Shown piece after piece: positions 49,801-61,571 of a stretch of 64,000 nucleotides of DNA (positions within the stretch are counted from its first letter, which is position 1; each line of letters begins with the position of its first letter). A program made the position numbers and the translations under genes. This DNA comes from Raillietiella orientalis (Eukaryota). Where the stretch lies: NCBI GenBank assembly GCA_036172245.1, contig JAYWIR010000027.1:2356001-2420000 (forward strand), in the 5' to 3' direction. Below the pieces are notes generated by a model, which did not search any database, was not told the DNA's origin, and saw only the letters and a list, made by a program, of their open reading frames with translations.

Positions 49801-52800
49801 GTTTCCCATCGCAAATCATGTTTGATCAAGAACCATTGATGTTGTCAGTTTCATGAGTCTCCTTCCAACATGTAGTTTGATTGCCAATGCACAGTTGTTT
49901 GTTTCAAGGTGAAGTTTGCCAAGTTATTGAACAAGCTTGCCATTTTCCAGGTAGCACGAAATAAAAACGAAATAAAGAGTGCGTAATATTTTAAACTATT
50001 TTAATTGAAACTAAAACTAATGTTTAGGAACTGGGGATAAAGTAAAAAAGTTGTCAATGCCTAGCTACATTTTTTTTATGCGTGTTTGTAAAAGGATTTA
50101 TAGCTCAAAAGCTAAATATATAAATGCTCCCGTTTGCTAATAAATTTTGATTAACATCCTCTCCTGAAAAGATGACACCTACCCAAAATCAGTTGCTTAC
50201 ACATTCCATAAAAATTTCCCGTCGCATTCGCTGCTTCATTCTTTGTTCCTTTCTGAAACATTCAGGCTTGTTGAAATTTTAAAAATCCTGTATTTCCTCA
50301 AATGTTAGGATTCCTTGTGATAGCCACATGACTGGATGTTTTTTTGAGTTCCCGCTTTGATTATATTAATACTTGTTTTTCAGGTAGTTTTGATTCCAAG
50401 TCATTTCTGTATGCTTCATGCCTGTTTCTTTCTTACTTCATTTGCTGTATTTGTTAAGAATGCACTAATGTACCTTGCTAGTGCTGATTCTAGTTCATGG
50501 GATGAAAGATTACTTGTAAACTTTTCTGGTTCTCTTGCTGACGTTTTTTTTTTTTTTTTTGTCTTCCTGAGGAAAAACTCAGGTTTTAAATCTCATTGCC
50601 TTAAGAAGTTTCATTGTTTCCAGTTATTGTCTATATGATAATTTGGCCCAGTTTGATGTGAATTCACTAGGAAGGTGTTTAATCCAAAGCTTCTTTTAAT
50701 CAAATTGTTTAAGGAAATATGTGCATTTTTTCGAATAAATATTCGTAGTTGTATATTTTTTTAATAGTGCGAATGCTTGGACTCTTGCATTGCATTGAAT
50801 TACATTAGTGATGCATGATAAAAATAATTTCATCGACAATCGCTATGGCAGTATTATTTTGAAACATTGGTCTCGGTACTTATCCTAACTAGGTGTATAT
50901 GTTTACTTTTCCCCATATGGTGATGACCTTATTTATTTTAAAATATCTTGTATATTTTCAGTCCCTTAATAAAGAAAGGCTAGAGGAAACCGTTTCCAGT
51001 ACGGTGGTAAAAGATATTTGTGATGAAGTGATACCAGCTGAAAACCATGTGGTAAGCTATTGCCTGAAATACATTAAGCTTTTGTGGTGTCAAACATTAT
51101 GTCCATTTCGTAGGAATGCTTGCTGTATGAATTGGTTTCCCTTTGAAGTTCACTCACTTTTGTCATTGACAACCCACCAGTGTCCGTTTTATCCAATATC
51201 CAGCCTCGTTATGACATGATGTATGCTAATTTGTTCCATTTGTGTATGATCATAGATGTACATTCTGGTGTATGGGCAGTCACTATGCCTTTTTTAGATC
51301 ATTCATGTGTTTCGTTCACTCTATGAGTTTAGAACCATTATTGTGTGCTTGTCTCCATATGTTTATTTTGACAGTCGTACAGTGGAAATCACAGTTCTTT
51401 GACACTCAAGGGAGCATCAGGTGTTGCTTAAATTCATGTTTAATGCATTCAATATACAAAGTAAGGAGCATTACAGTAGTTTTCTTTATAAAAGAAAGAA
51501 AGAGAAAGAAAGGAAGAAAAAAAAAAAAATGTACGTTTTTTTCCCTATCGACAAAATAAAAGCATTTGTTAGTCTGTGAAGTCTAATGATTGCGTACCTT
51601 TTGAATTCGGCATATCATTACGCAGTCCCGTCTTGGTGTGGAGCAACATGGTTCAGATGTGATTGCATGATTTCTCTTTGAATTTGTACCCCGTGCCTTT
51701 GATGTCTTGTCAATTAGGTTTGCCATGGTCTAGCTTGATTGTTTCATTTTTCAGAAGCAATCTGCAACATGCACATCATGTAATTAATGCAGGACGCATG
51801 CACATGCACTCAGAACACCGAAACGAATTTTTCGTTCTCCGCATCCACGCCATCCCTCGTGTAACTGATGCTTTCAGTGTGATTTCCGAGGCTCGAAAGA
51901 TAATTTCTGCTCCGTTGCGAGTATTGCGATCAAGCATTTTCCTGCCTATCCTGCATAGCACGTGGAGCGTGCTGCTGCCATTCTGTGTTGCCCCGGCAGC
52001 CGCGACGGTGGTGCTCGCCCGAATCAGCTCGCCTTTTGCCTTTCGTGTGCTCATCTCCATGTTGAAAGCTGCTCGCGAGTGAGACGCAAGAATAAAAGCT
52101 GTAAGGGCCGTGTATCGCGGCATTTGGTCCGTCAGAGGAAGAGGGTCATCCTCAGTTGTTGTGTGTGTTGTGATGGGATAAGCGTGTCGATAAGTATCTA
52201 GGAAAAAAAAGGAAAAATCCATAAGAGATCCCAGAGAAACGAAGGTGCGTTGAAAAGCCGATACGTTTTGGTGGGCGACGTCGTAGATATCCATCGTCGG
52301 ACGTTCCCTGCGCTGATCCGTGCACCCCTTTTTCGAACATTCCACAGCTTTGCTTTGCTTGCCGCATATCCCCGTTGAGGACGTTCGGTTACGCAGCGGC
52401 CAACGGCGTGGTTATTCCATTGGCGTTCGTGGTGGAACGCTCGGCAAAGAAATGAAGCGAATTTCCTGCGGGGTTGGGATTTAGGTTTCGGGGATCCGTC
52501 GTCCCGATCGTTTGGCTCCGTCGGTTTTCCTTCTCGGTGTTCTTCCGATTGATCACAAGAAGCGTGCCCAGTTGAGGGAACGCTTCTGTTGATGATGGAT
52601 GACCGCGGGCGTCTCCCATTTCGCGTGTTTAAAGTCTGCTTCCAGTATCTTCGCCATCAGGTTTCTTGCCTCCGTGGTAAGCGCCCCACCCACCCCTCCC
52701 CCACGCGTACAAGTCGCAATTCTTTGCATGCACGTATCGTATACAGCTTTCAAGTTTGATTATTGGGGCGAGGAGCCAATGTCAGGTTCACCGGAAAAAA

Positions 52801-54115
52801 AAGTGTACTGGAGGGTGTTTGTCTTTCCTTTTCTTCACTATTATTCTATTGTTTTTCCGCATCTGCTAATCAACGCATCCCTGATTTCCTGGTTTACAGG
52901 TACCTGCAGAGTTGAATCAGACGGACGGCCATGTTTCCACCAAAATGAATTTGGTTTTAAGAATGAGGTTAGTTGAGTGGGTGCATCTAACGGAAAATGA
53001 CACGTTCTCCTCTTTTGAAGAAATGCCAGAAGAGAACTCAATGACATAAAATTCGATTTTATGCCTGGTGAGGATTCTGCGGATGGGATCGCCTCGGAGC
53101 TGGTTTCTGCGAATCTGATAGACGGTAGAGACGTCGAGGTTGTTGCATTCAGTCTGAAAAAGTTGATAGAAAACCAGCAGTCCCTGTTCACTACTTTTGC
53201 TCTTGTAAGTCTGCGCCCACCTTATTTGCCCCCGTGCCGCCGCTCTCGCGAGCGCTGGGATTTTCATCCCGCGAGAGAGCCTTCAGCGTGGTTTTCAACT
53301 TCGTTTATCGATGAGAGTTTGGTTCCAAGGCGCGATCCTGTCTGGAGCTTGACGACCGGGGGGTAGGGGCTCTTTTTGCGAGTTCGGGACGCCGCCGAGC
53401 GCTGCCGGCACGAAACGAGAGAGGTTTCCACCGAACCGCTCGCTGCATCCGCGCGGAGGCTGCATGGCATCTGCCGAGACTGCTTCGCGGTTTCACGTAT
53501 TTGTGATCTTGGTTTTTTTCTTCTTCCTTCTTTTCCTTTTCCCTTTTATTGCGTGTGTCTTTGTGGATGCGGACTGGGAAGAGGCGACGCCTTGTCCGGG
53601 CAGACCGTCAAGCATTCAGACCATCGCGAGGTCCCCGAGGCGCCGTGCAGCAGTCGCCTCGTGCCCGCGTGCTCGCGGCCTTTCTCTGCTCGTGCCGTGG
53701 ACTGAGCAAGCGAGCAAGGAGGGAGCTACCGTTCTCCTCCACCTGGGCGCCCTGCAGCCACTCCGTCGTCTCCCTGCTCCGGAAATTGTCCGGAAAGAGG
53801 AAAATGGAGAGTTTGGGCCAGGAATGCGAAGGCGACCGCTGGTCGGCCCCAAGCCGTTCATTCGCAACGAGTCCACGGATGGTTTCCGCTGTGGCCCTGC
53901 GTCTTCCGTTGAGGGGCCGGTTCGGGGACACTGCGGGCTCCCCTGTTTTGCGGAACTCCTTCGCGCACCCTCCGCGGCTGAACGCGGCTCCTCACCAGTG
54001 CAGGTCGCAGTTGACTAAAACCCAGTTTGTGTTCCAGGTCTCTGGCTGTGGTCCGAACGAAATACCAGACGAGAAAGCTTTGGTTGGTTTCGCACAGTTG
54101 ACCATCGTAGAATAG
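46846..54115 (+). CDS. gck-3: SPAK/OSR1 (STK39/OXSR1; gck-3/fray-like) Ste20-family kinase, 11 exons, ~503 aa
   Basis: Exons: 46846-46957, 47229-47341, 47417-47667, 48024-48189, 48236-48471, 48783-48897, 48963-49061, 50962-51051, 52900-52967, 53021-53204, 54038-54115. Motifs: [75 protein letters not shown], and the C-terminal CCT domain [19 protein letters not shown]...GFAQLTIVE. Confidence 0.96.
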
Positions 54116-56801
54116 GCAGACTGCACCTCTTGTTTTTTGTTAGTTGTTTGAGCCTTACAACCAAATCAACTGGAAAACATTTCACCGTTTCGTGCGATTT
54201 CTCCGCCCCCTTTTCCTCTTTCCCCCTTTGTGTCTTTTCCTTGTCTTCGTGTCCATTTCATTCAGTTCCTTCAGAAGTGTTACGTTGGAGTTTCAAGCTT
54301 CGTTCCAAAGGCCGTCCCGTTGCACAGTGCACCAACAATCCGAGCGTTGTTATGGGAACACCAGATTGACAACCTTACCGGTTTTCGAGGTCCATGTTCC
54401 ATGAAAGGCGTTAGAAAATCGTGGCGTCAGCAGCGTCACGTTTCCGTTGTTTAGATAATATATATTACTTTGATACAGTACTGGCTCTCGATTTGTCTCG
54501 CACGCTTCTGACCACTGCCGACCCAGCATCCTTCTGCACCTTCTCCCCGTTTTTCAGCCAAGGTTTGTTTTGTCCCGCCTTCAAGAGGTCCGGTTCTGCT
54601 TGCCCTTTGGCCATCTCTCAGTCTTCGAGGGACCCCACTTGGACCCTCGACCGAGTTTACGAGGAGAAGGGAAAGGTTCGGTCCTCTCTGCCGGAGACCA
54701 CCGACTCGGAGGAACTCACTCTTCGACCGGAAGAAAACATCTTCCTTGCTGGTTGGTGGGAGGAACATCCCTGGGCTCTGTGGAGGCGAGAGAAGTGGAC
54801 CTTCTGCCAGACTTGACAGCTCTGCTCCGAAATCAGCGAGACCGACGGGGGCACCAAGTTCATGACACGGAGCAGGTTCTCGGAACAGGTCCTCCTGGTG
54901 ACGGAATCGGCAGGCCCCCTCGACATCGTCGAGACGACGCCGTTGCCGGCATCGAGCTGGTTTGCAAAAACGCTCCACACAAGGAGTGGACCAGCGTGCT
55001 GTCAGGACACGAAGGATCTGCAAAACCTTCTCCAACCTTTTAAAAAAAAAAAAAAGGAAAAAAGAGTTTCCCGTCACCGATGTGTTGGCGGAAATGGTGA
55101 GTTCCCGGATCACCTCGGGCGGGTTGATCTGCGCAGCTCGCGCACGCGAGGAAAATGATCTCCACAAGTCCCGGAGACACAGCGTGAGCTGCTCTCTACG
55201 CGACCTTTGGCCAGCACTCGGGCGAGTGCCTGGCAAAAAGCAGGCGCGGAAGGTCCTCACGTGAACGTTTCCAGGGAAATGTCACGAGACGGCGTTTCGT
55301 AGTTTGCGGTGGTGGTCACGCAGGGAAGCGCCGGTGAGCTGCCGCCTCCGAAAGGCGCCTCACCCCCCGGAACAATCGAAAGCGATCGACTGCGTATCCC
55401 GGAGCGGTCTGACCGTCTGTGCCCAGGCGGCTGGAGTGTCGCGCGCTGCCAGGGTCAGCCGGCTCGCTGGTCGGGACGTCGCGGGTGATGCACCGGCTTG
55501 GGCAGAGGTTCACCCAAAGAGGGCAGGGGGCGCCGCCCGCGCCTGCGGAAGCCGACCAGGGGACGCGCACTTGGCCAGGCGAAGTGGATGGACTTCCCCC
55601 CACCGCTCTTCCTCCTTTAGGCGAGCTCCACGAACCAAAGGTGCGCAGATCCAGAAGGTCTCATCCCCTGTCCTCTCTGCCCCTCCCGGATTTCTTCTCT
55701 CCTGACGCCGGGCGAGATGCGGGGGGAAGCCTCCGCCTGAGCTGCGCCGGAGACATCCGGAATGCCAGGACGCGAGCCGAGCTGGCCAGCCTCTTCCGGG
55801 GTCTCGCGCGCCCCGCCCCTCCGGCACGCACAGGGAGCCACGCGCATTGGACTTAACCCTGTTGGTTCGCGTTTGGCCCTCTGGACCGCCACCACTACCT
55901 GCACTCACTGTCCTCGTGCTGGGAAGTGGGAGGAGAGTGGTCAGTGCGTCCTGGACCCTTCGCTCCTGGAAGAAGTCCCGGCTGGGTTTTCCAGGCAGCC
56001 GGCTTCACCGGGAAGACCTCTCAGGGGGGAGGAGGACAACCTTCGGCCAGCTCTCTGCCGCCGCCGTCTCGCGTGCTGACGTCATAGGCGGTCGACTAGA
56101 AGCGGACGCCGAGTCGACGTGCCTCGGGGCTCCTGCGCAGCAGCAGCCGCGCCACTTTCCCCGGGTCGAAGGCCACGCAGTCCCCAGCGAGGCATGGCCT
56201 CAAGCGAAGACGCGAGGAGGGACGAAAGAGAGTGTCCCCACCCCTTCCGGGGTGAGGCAGCTGTCCTGACCCTTCGTCTCGCGCACCGTGTCGGGACTGA
56301 AAAAAATGTTGCCGTGGCTTCCACCACGAGCGTACGTTGCACCTCTCTGCCACACACGCCACGTCCATCCTTCCCCTCTTTTCCCGTGACCCCCACAGGG
56401 GAGAGAGGGCTCGAGTACATGATCCGGTTCCGCGGACTGGGGGCGCACGCAGCGCCCGGTATTTATGCGGGGTGTGTATTTCTTCCTTTCCGAAAAGAGA
56501 TGTGTGCCGCCACGCACACCTCTTTGGAGAGGAAGGAAGAGAGTTGGGAGTCAGGGTTAGTTCGTCCCTCCCCCCACCTGAAAAGCAATCCGGCACTGGA
56601 AAGCAGCGGGGCTCCCCGGTCGTCCTGCCCGCAGCCGTTTTGCCTCGCACCGCTTCTGCCGCCTCTGCTCTTTCGAGCTCCCGAGGGAGGGGAAGGGGAA
56701 AGGAGGCATGGCACGGGTGAGGATGAGGAGCAACCGGAACCATCTCGTGCGCTCTCGGCTGACTTCTCCTGGGACACGGCTCGCCGAAGGAGCTGCAGCA
56801 A

Positions 56802-56849
56802 CGCCCGTGCATCCCGGACCGACGGCCGTCGGTCCGGGATGCACGGGCG
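56802..56849. repeat. Perfect 48-bp palindrome (24-bp arms, no spacer)
   Basis: CGCCCGTGCATCCCGGACCGACGG|CCGTCGGTCCGGGATGCACGGGCG. The ORF track shows RASRTDGRRSGMHGR on both strands. Confidence 0.97.
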
Positions 56850-58162
56850 CAAAAGGGGAGCAGAGGAGGGTGCCTCTCTCCTACCGGGGAAGATAAGAAG
56901 GCGGCACTACTTCTGGCGGGGACCGGAAACGCAGCGCACCCAACAAACGGATAAGATCTGGCTGCTCTGGAAATTATGGTCGGCTGTCTCCGCCTTCCTT
57001 CCTTCGCCCCTGTTTTTTTTTTTTTTTTTAAGGCGTCGTCCACATGGAGCTCCTGTAGCGATCCGCTCCAGCGGCCCGATGGCCCCATGCGTCGCCGCTG
57101 CTCTCTCGAAAGAAAGCTGTCTGGCGGGAGCAGAGGAGGGCCGTGACATCACCTCTCGAAGAGGCGTCGGCATCGGTGTTCCATTCTGCAACCGCCGCCC
57201 GTCCGCATCGGGGGCAGGAAAGGGGACGGGGAGCGCTTCCTCCCGCGCAGGACCTCCGCGGAGGACGGCAACGGCGAACTGCACGCGGGTCCCTCTGCTG
57301 GTGGCCTCACTAAGGACATCACTGCGAATGCGGTCCCCCCCCCTCCCGTCCCGTCGAGTGATTCTTCCGTTTGCAGCAGCAGCATCCCTCGCGCAAGAGA
57401 AGGAGGAGCGCGCTCGAGGTCCCGTCTCCCGCGTTCCGCCACGGGAAGAAAAAGGCTACTCCTCTCCCCACCCACCCCTTCCCCAACTTCCCGCACTCTG
57501 CGTTTGACCCGCCTTCCCCGTGCAGCACCCGAAGCAGAACGATGCCACCCAAGTCGGCTCTGAAAGGTCACTTCGAGCTGAAGCGAGGATAGCATCAACC
57601 GCCCTGCATTGTAAAAATCACCGGAGGGAGGGATTCGGTCTGCTCCCAGTTGGGGTCAGCAGCACGGACACCTTTGTTCCTGGAACAACTATCCGCTCAC
57701 CTCTCCCGGGGCGAATCTCCGATCCCTCGAACCCTCCAGCAGGCGTTCCCGCCGGCCGCCTGGCGGGGGCGCTGAAGGGAAGTCTGCGCAGAGAACATCG
57801 ATTCCCGGGTGCTGACTGACCCGTGTATCTCGGGAGGAGGATGCTGTCGCCCTCCCGCCTCCCGCATCACAGCGTTAGTCCGGTAGAGCAGCCGACTGCA
57901 TTCTGCAGGTTAGCAGGAGAGGGCAGAGGGCCAGCGAGCATCCCGGGCGAGTCTGATCTCGGAAGCCTGCTTGCCCCCTTCGGAATGACCCGTCCGGTTT
58001 GCCGTCTCGATGACCTGCCAGCTTGGGGATGGTCAGGTAGAGGCGCTAATCTGTAGGCGTCCAAGGCGCGACGGCCGGCATTGCGGTGCCCGTCAAAGGC
58101 ACTGGGAGGGAGCTGAGAAACCAAGAAGACGACTTCATCCAAGTGTGTGTGGATCGGAGGGA

Positions 58163-58222
58163 TAGTAGCAGTAGTAGTAGAAACAGCAGCAGCACTGGTA
58201 GTAGTAGTAGTAGGAGGAGGAG
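58163..58222 (+). repeat. Compound trinucleotide microsatellite (TAG/CAG/GAG)n
   Basis: Read directly from the sequence. Confidence 0.85.
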
Positions 58223-59464
58223 AATAAGAAAAGAAAAGGATGGAGCGAAAGAACTCTACGCTCGCATATGCGAAGGAGGCGGCAACACGCGCTCGAAAAG
58301 GGGCGCCACCGGACTCTGAGTGTTTCAGTGTGGCCACCGCACTCTGGAACGGAAGAGTCCTCCAGATGACTTTGCACAGTCTGAACGACCACGTGTGTAT
58401 ACACGGGACTTGCAGGGTGAGAGGAATCTCTGCCAGCTTGGCTTTCGTTATGGGCAGCAGTGCTGAGGACCAACGACTCTTCCATCCGCTTCCCCCCTCC
58501 CCCCTCAAAAAGCAAAAACAAAACAAAACAAACAAACAAAAGGAAAAAGAAACAGAAAGCATGCTGGCACCCCTGTTCGCTCGTTACACCTTGCACAAGG
58601 AGGTATCACGTGACGTTCTGGAACCACCAACTTCGAAATCCTTCCTCGGCGAACTGAAGTCTCACCATCGCGTCGCAGACCTGCAAACACACCGAAGGAC
58701 GAAGGGAGGAATCCCTCCCCCGCCCTCCTCCCCCGAAAGAAAAACGCGCATCTCAAGACCACCTGCGTAAAGAGGGGGGAAGCGAGGGAGTCATCCGCAA
58801 GCGTCGGGTGCCACGGGTATCGCCATGAGCTCGAACGCGCGAGAGCTGTGATTCGCCTGAAGGCGGGAGGCGAGAGAAAACGGCGGCCGAATCAAAGGAA
58901 GCTCCCTCTCTCCCCCTTCCTCCTTCAGTCAAAACGGGATCACCGGAAACGGAAATAGGAAGCGGGCGGATCATTGGCGCGCCTGCTCGACGGAGATGCG
59001 GCTGGTGTCAGCTGCGTCTCGGGTGGCGGCGGAGGCGGAGACCGCCCAGCAGCGATGAACACGATGACTCATCTCCTTCGACGGCGTTCCCCCTCGCGCT
59101 TCCCATGTGCCGCTGTGGGTGTGGCTGCACGTGGCACGGGCCCTGGCGGCGACCGTGGCGCTGTTTGCCTCTAGAGAAGCGATGTGACCGGGCTTCGGGC
59201 GAATCAACAGTCGAACATCACCCACCTGCATGCCCAGGAAACTGCTGTTCCTCCTCTCCCGGGATGCGCATCCGGTCTTCTGGAGCCCGGGAGCATGCAC
59301 CTGATGTGCAACTCTGCTTTTCGAACTGCTCCGGGCGCTCTTCAAGAGGACCTTCTTCCCGCTCCTTACGCACTCGAAGTTTCTACGGGATCCGCAGTGG
59401 TTCCAAATGTGCGATACCAGGCTCTGCCACCCAAGGGTGCGTGTTAGCCCCCCCCCCCTCCCCC

Positions 59465-59742
59465 GAGTCCTTACGAATCCGGGAAGGGCTGCGGAGGAAG
59501 TAGTCCGTTCCTCTCTTACTCTCGGGGGAGGGGGGGGGAGGACCCCGAAGGGAACCCATACCTTATTCTCTCTGGAGGGCTCTCCCCGCCCTTTCGGAGG
59601 CGTCCGCTCCTCATTTCTTCTCAGAAGGGAACCAGGAAAGGATCCTCTCCTTGTTTACTCCTCTGAAGAGAACCCTCCAGTAGAGACGCTTCCTGATTTC
59701 TCTGAAGGGCACTCCCGAAAGGGAGCAGCGCGCTTCTTCACA
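59465..59742 (-). mobile_element. SINE-like element, copy 3 (3' half only, no tRNA head)
   Basis: The reverse complement TGTGAAGAAGCGCGCTGCTCCC...GGTTCCCTTCTGAGAAGAAATGAGGAGCGG...GAGTAAGAGAGGAACGGACT...CCTTCCCGGATTC aligns with 13308-13555. Confidence 0.88.
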
Positions 59743-60812
59743 TATCGGAGAAGTGTTCTGGGTACACCAGATGCGAAGGTTGAGGATGGAGCATTGCGAA
59801 CAGTTCGCCACCGGTAGGAACGGCCACCAAGCGCGACTGTTTGGCTACAGCATGGAGATGAAAGGAAGATTCACTCGCAGCTTTGGAAACAGCTGCCACA
59901 TCGGGCGTGGCTGCTGACGACCAAAGCCAACATCAACCCTCTATGATGGGCCCGTGTCACCTTTGAAGTCACGTGCTCACATATAGATATCTTATTGATG
60001 CGTTTATTTTTTTTTGCGCAAGGTGGCATGCTCATCTTGTTGTATAACGTCTCCTTGGTAACCAACAGCAGTCTTGGTGACGGATGTCAACTCGAACCCG
60101 AGATATCGAGGTAAATGCTTTTGCGAGTTGCCTTTAGATAAAAGTTGTGTGAACCATCCTGTGCAGCTGTCATCATTTTTTGTTCCATCGTCATAACAAG
60201 AAAGAGTCTACGTAATGGCTCTTGGTTTGTGTATCAATAATCTCTCATTTGTTTGCATTTAAGCAACCATTTTGTTGTTATTTTCACGTGATAAAGCTTT
60301 GTGACTTTCAAGTCACAATGAGCTATATAATATATGTAGGATTCGGTGTACCAACTGCTGTAGATGATCAATTAGAAGAGGAGAAGAAAAGGGGAACGAG
60401 TGCAACACTTCCAGTCGAAAACATGCGAAAAGGTGAAATGGCACATTGGCCAATCCTTTCGGGATAATAAGAGGAGAGGCTGCAGAAAGCCTGGATAAGC
60501 AAATGAGTTCCAAAAATAAAATGTTCAAAATGCATTGTGTACATCTTCGTTGAACGCCAAGCACAAACTGTTTTATGGAATTCCATGCTCGAGCTTTTCT
60601 TACACGCACAAGTGCGTTGTACGTTGTATGCCGTAGCAACCCAAAGTTACAAAGCATATTCGTTAAAATGAAATCGTTTAAACTGCTGAATTCATCGTCA
60701 GTTTGTAATTAGAGTTGATGTTTGTTAATGTCACGTCACATGACTGTAGAGGGCAAAGGAAGAAACTTGGAAGAAACACCAGGGCGCCGCCGCTTCGAGC
60801 CGCTACAGACTT

Positions 60813-61284
60813 GTGCAGGCGGTCGGGGCTGCACTCTGGACGAGTGACCTTCCCCCGGACACCCAGGACGAGCTCCTGTTGTTCTATCACGGAGGGATCC
60901 TGAGTAGCTCCAGACTTCGACACTGGACCGGGAACATCCAGAATGGACTCTGCAAGGCGTGTGGAGCCGGAGAAACGCAGCTTCCACAGTGTTCACCTGC
61001 CCCACGCTTCGACCGGATTGGCAGGGGGTGAAGGCAGTGACCGCCCTGCAGAGAAGTAAAAAGATGGGGGGATGATGGCGGGTTTGTTTGAGGGGAACGG
61101 AAACGTCCAAATGTACAACCCGATGGTTCGAACCACGCTTGCCCTCTTCATCCCAGCAATCGCGACAAGAAGGGCCAGGGTGCAAAACACGAGAAGAGGA
61201 ACACCGGCCTCCGGAATCTGGAAAGGACTCGTGATGAAGAAGATGGGGATCAGGAACTGTGGAAGGGTCCCCGCTACATCGTGA
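60813..61284 (+). mobile_element. Decayed 3' end of an L1/Tx1-type non-LTR retrotransposon ORF2 (zf-RVT-like CCHC knuckle)
   Basis: It reads LWTSDLPPDTQDELLLFYHGGILSSSRLRHW...CKACGAGETQL, then after a frameshift VFTCPTLRPDW. This fits the zf-RVT pattern W...LP.K.....W...H......RL......CxxC...ET..H.F..C.....W. No RT domain is visible upstream, consistent with 5' truncation. Confidence 0.6.
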
Positions 61285-61410
61285 GGAAGATTGATGACGA
61301 CAACGTCCAGGCCAAAGGAACAATCCCCCACCCACCCTGAACCCAAACTTCAAAGGGTGCACAAGCGTGAAAGTGGAGGTGAAAGTGACGCGAAACGAAC
61401 GGTGCAAACA

Positions 61411-61571
61411 CGGGAGGTCCATTTGCGGTTCATCTCGATGGACGGATTCACTTACGAGTGTGTTCAAAAATGCGAACTGCAATCCTTTTTCCCCTCCAGC
61501 CGACCAGTGGCGACGTTGGTCAATTTTGTTTCGGCGAACAGAACAAGACGAGGAGGGGCGCGAAGAAATTC
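61411..61571 (+). repeat. ~160-bp dispersed repeat, inverted copy of 12699-12855
   Basis: See 12699-12855. It lies about 130 bp downstream of the LINE-like remnant. Confidence 0.9.

Noticed and set aside
54451..59400. Long ORFs and possible minus-strand exons downstream of gck-3 (269, 330 and 462 aa; 58971-59385)
   Set aside because: No recognisable domain and several competing frames. A real orphan gene is possible but not supportable from sequence alone.
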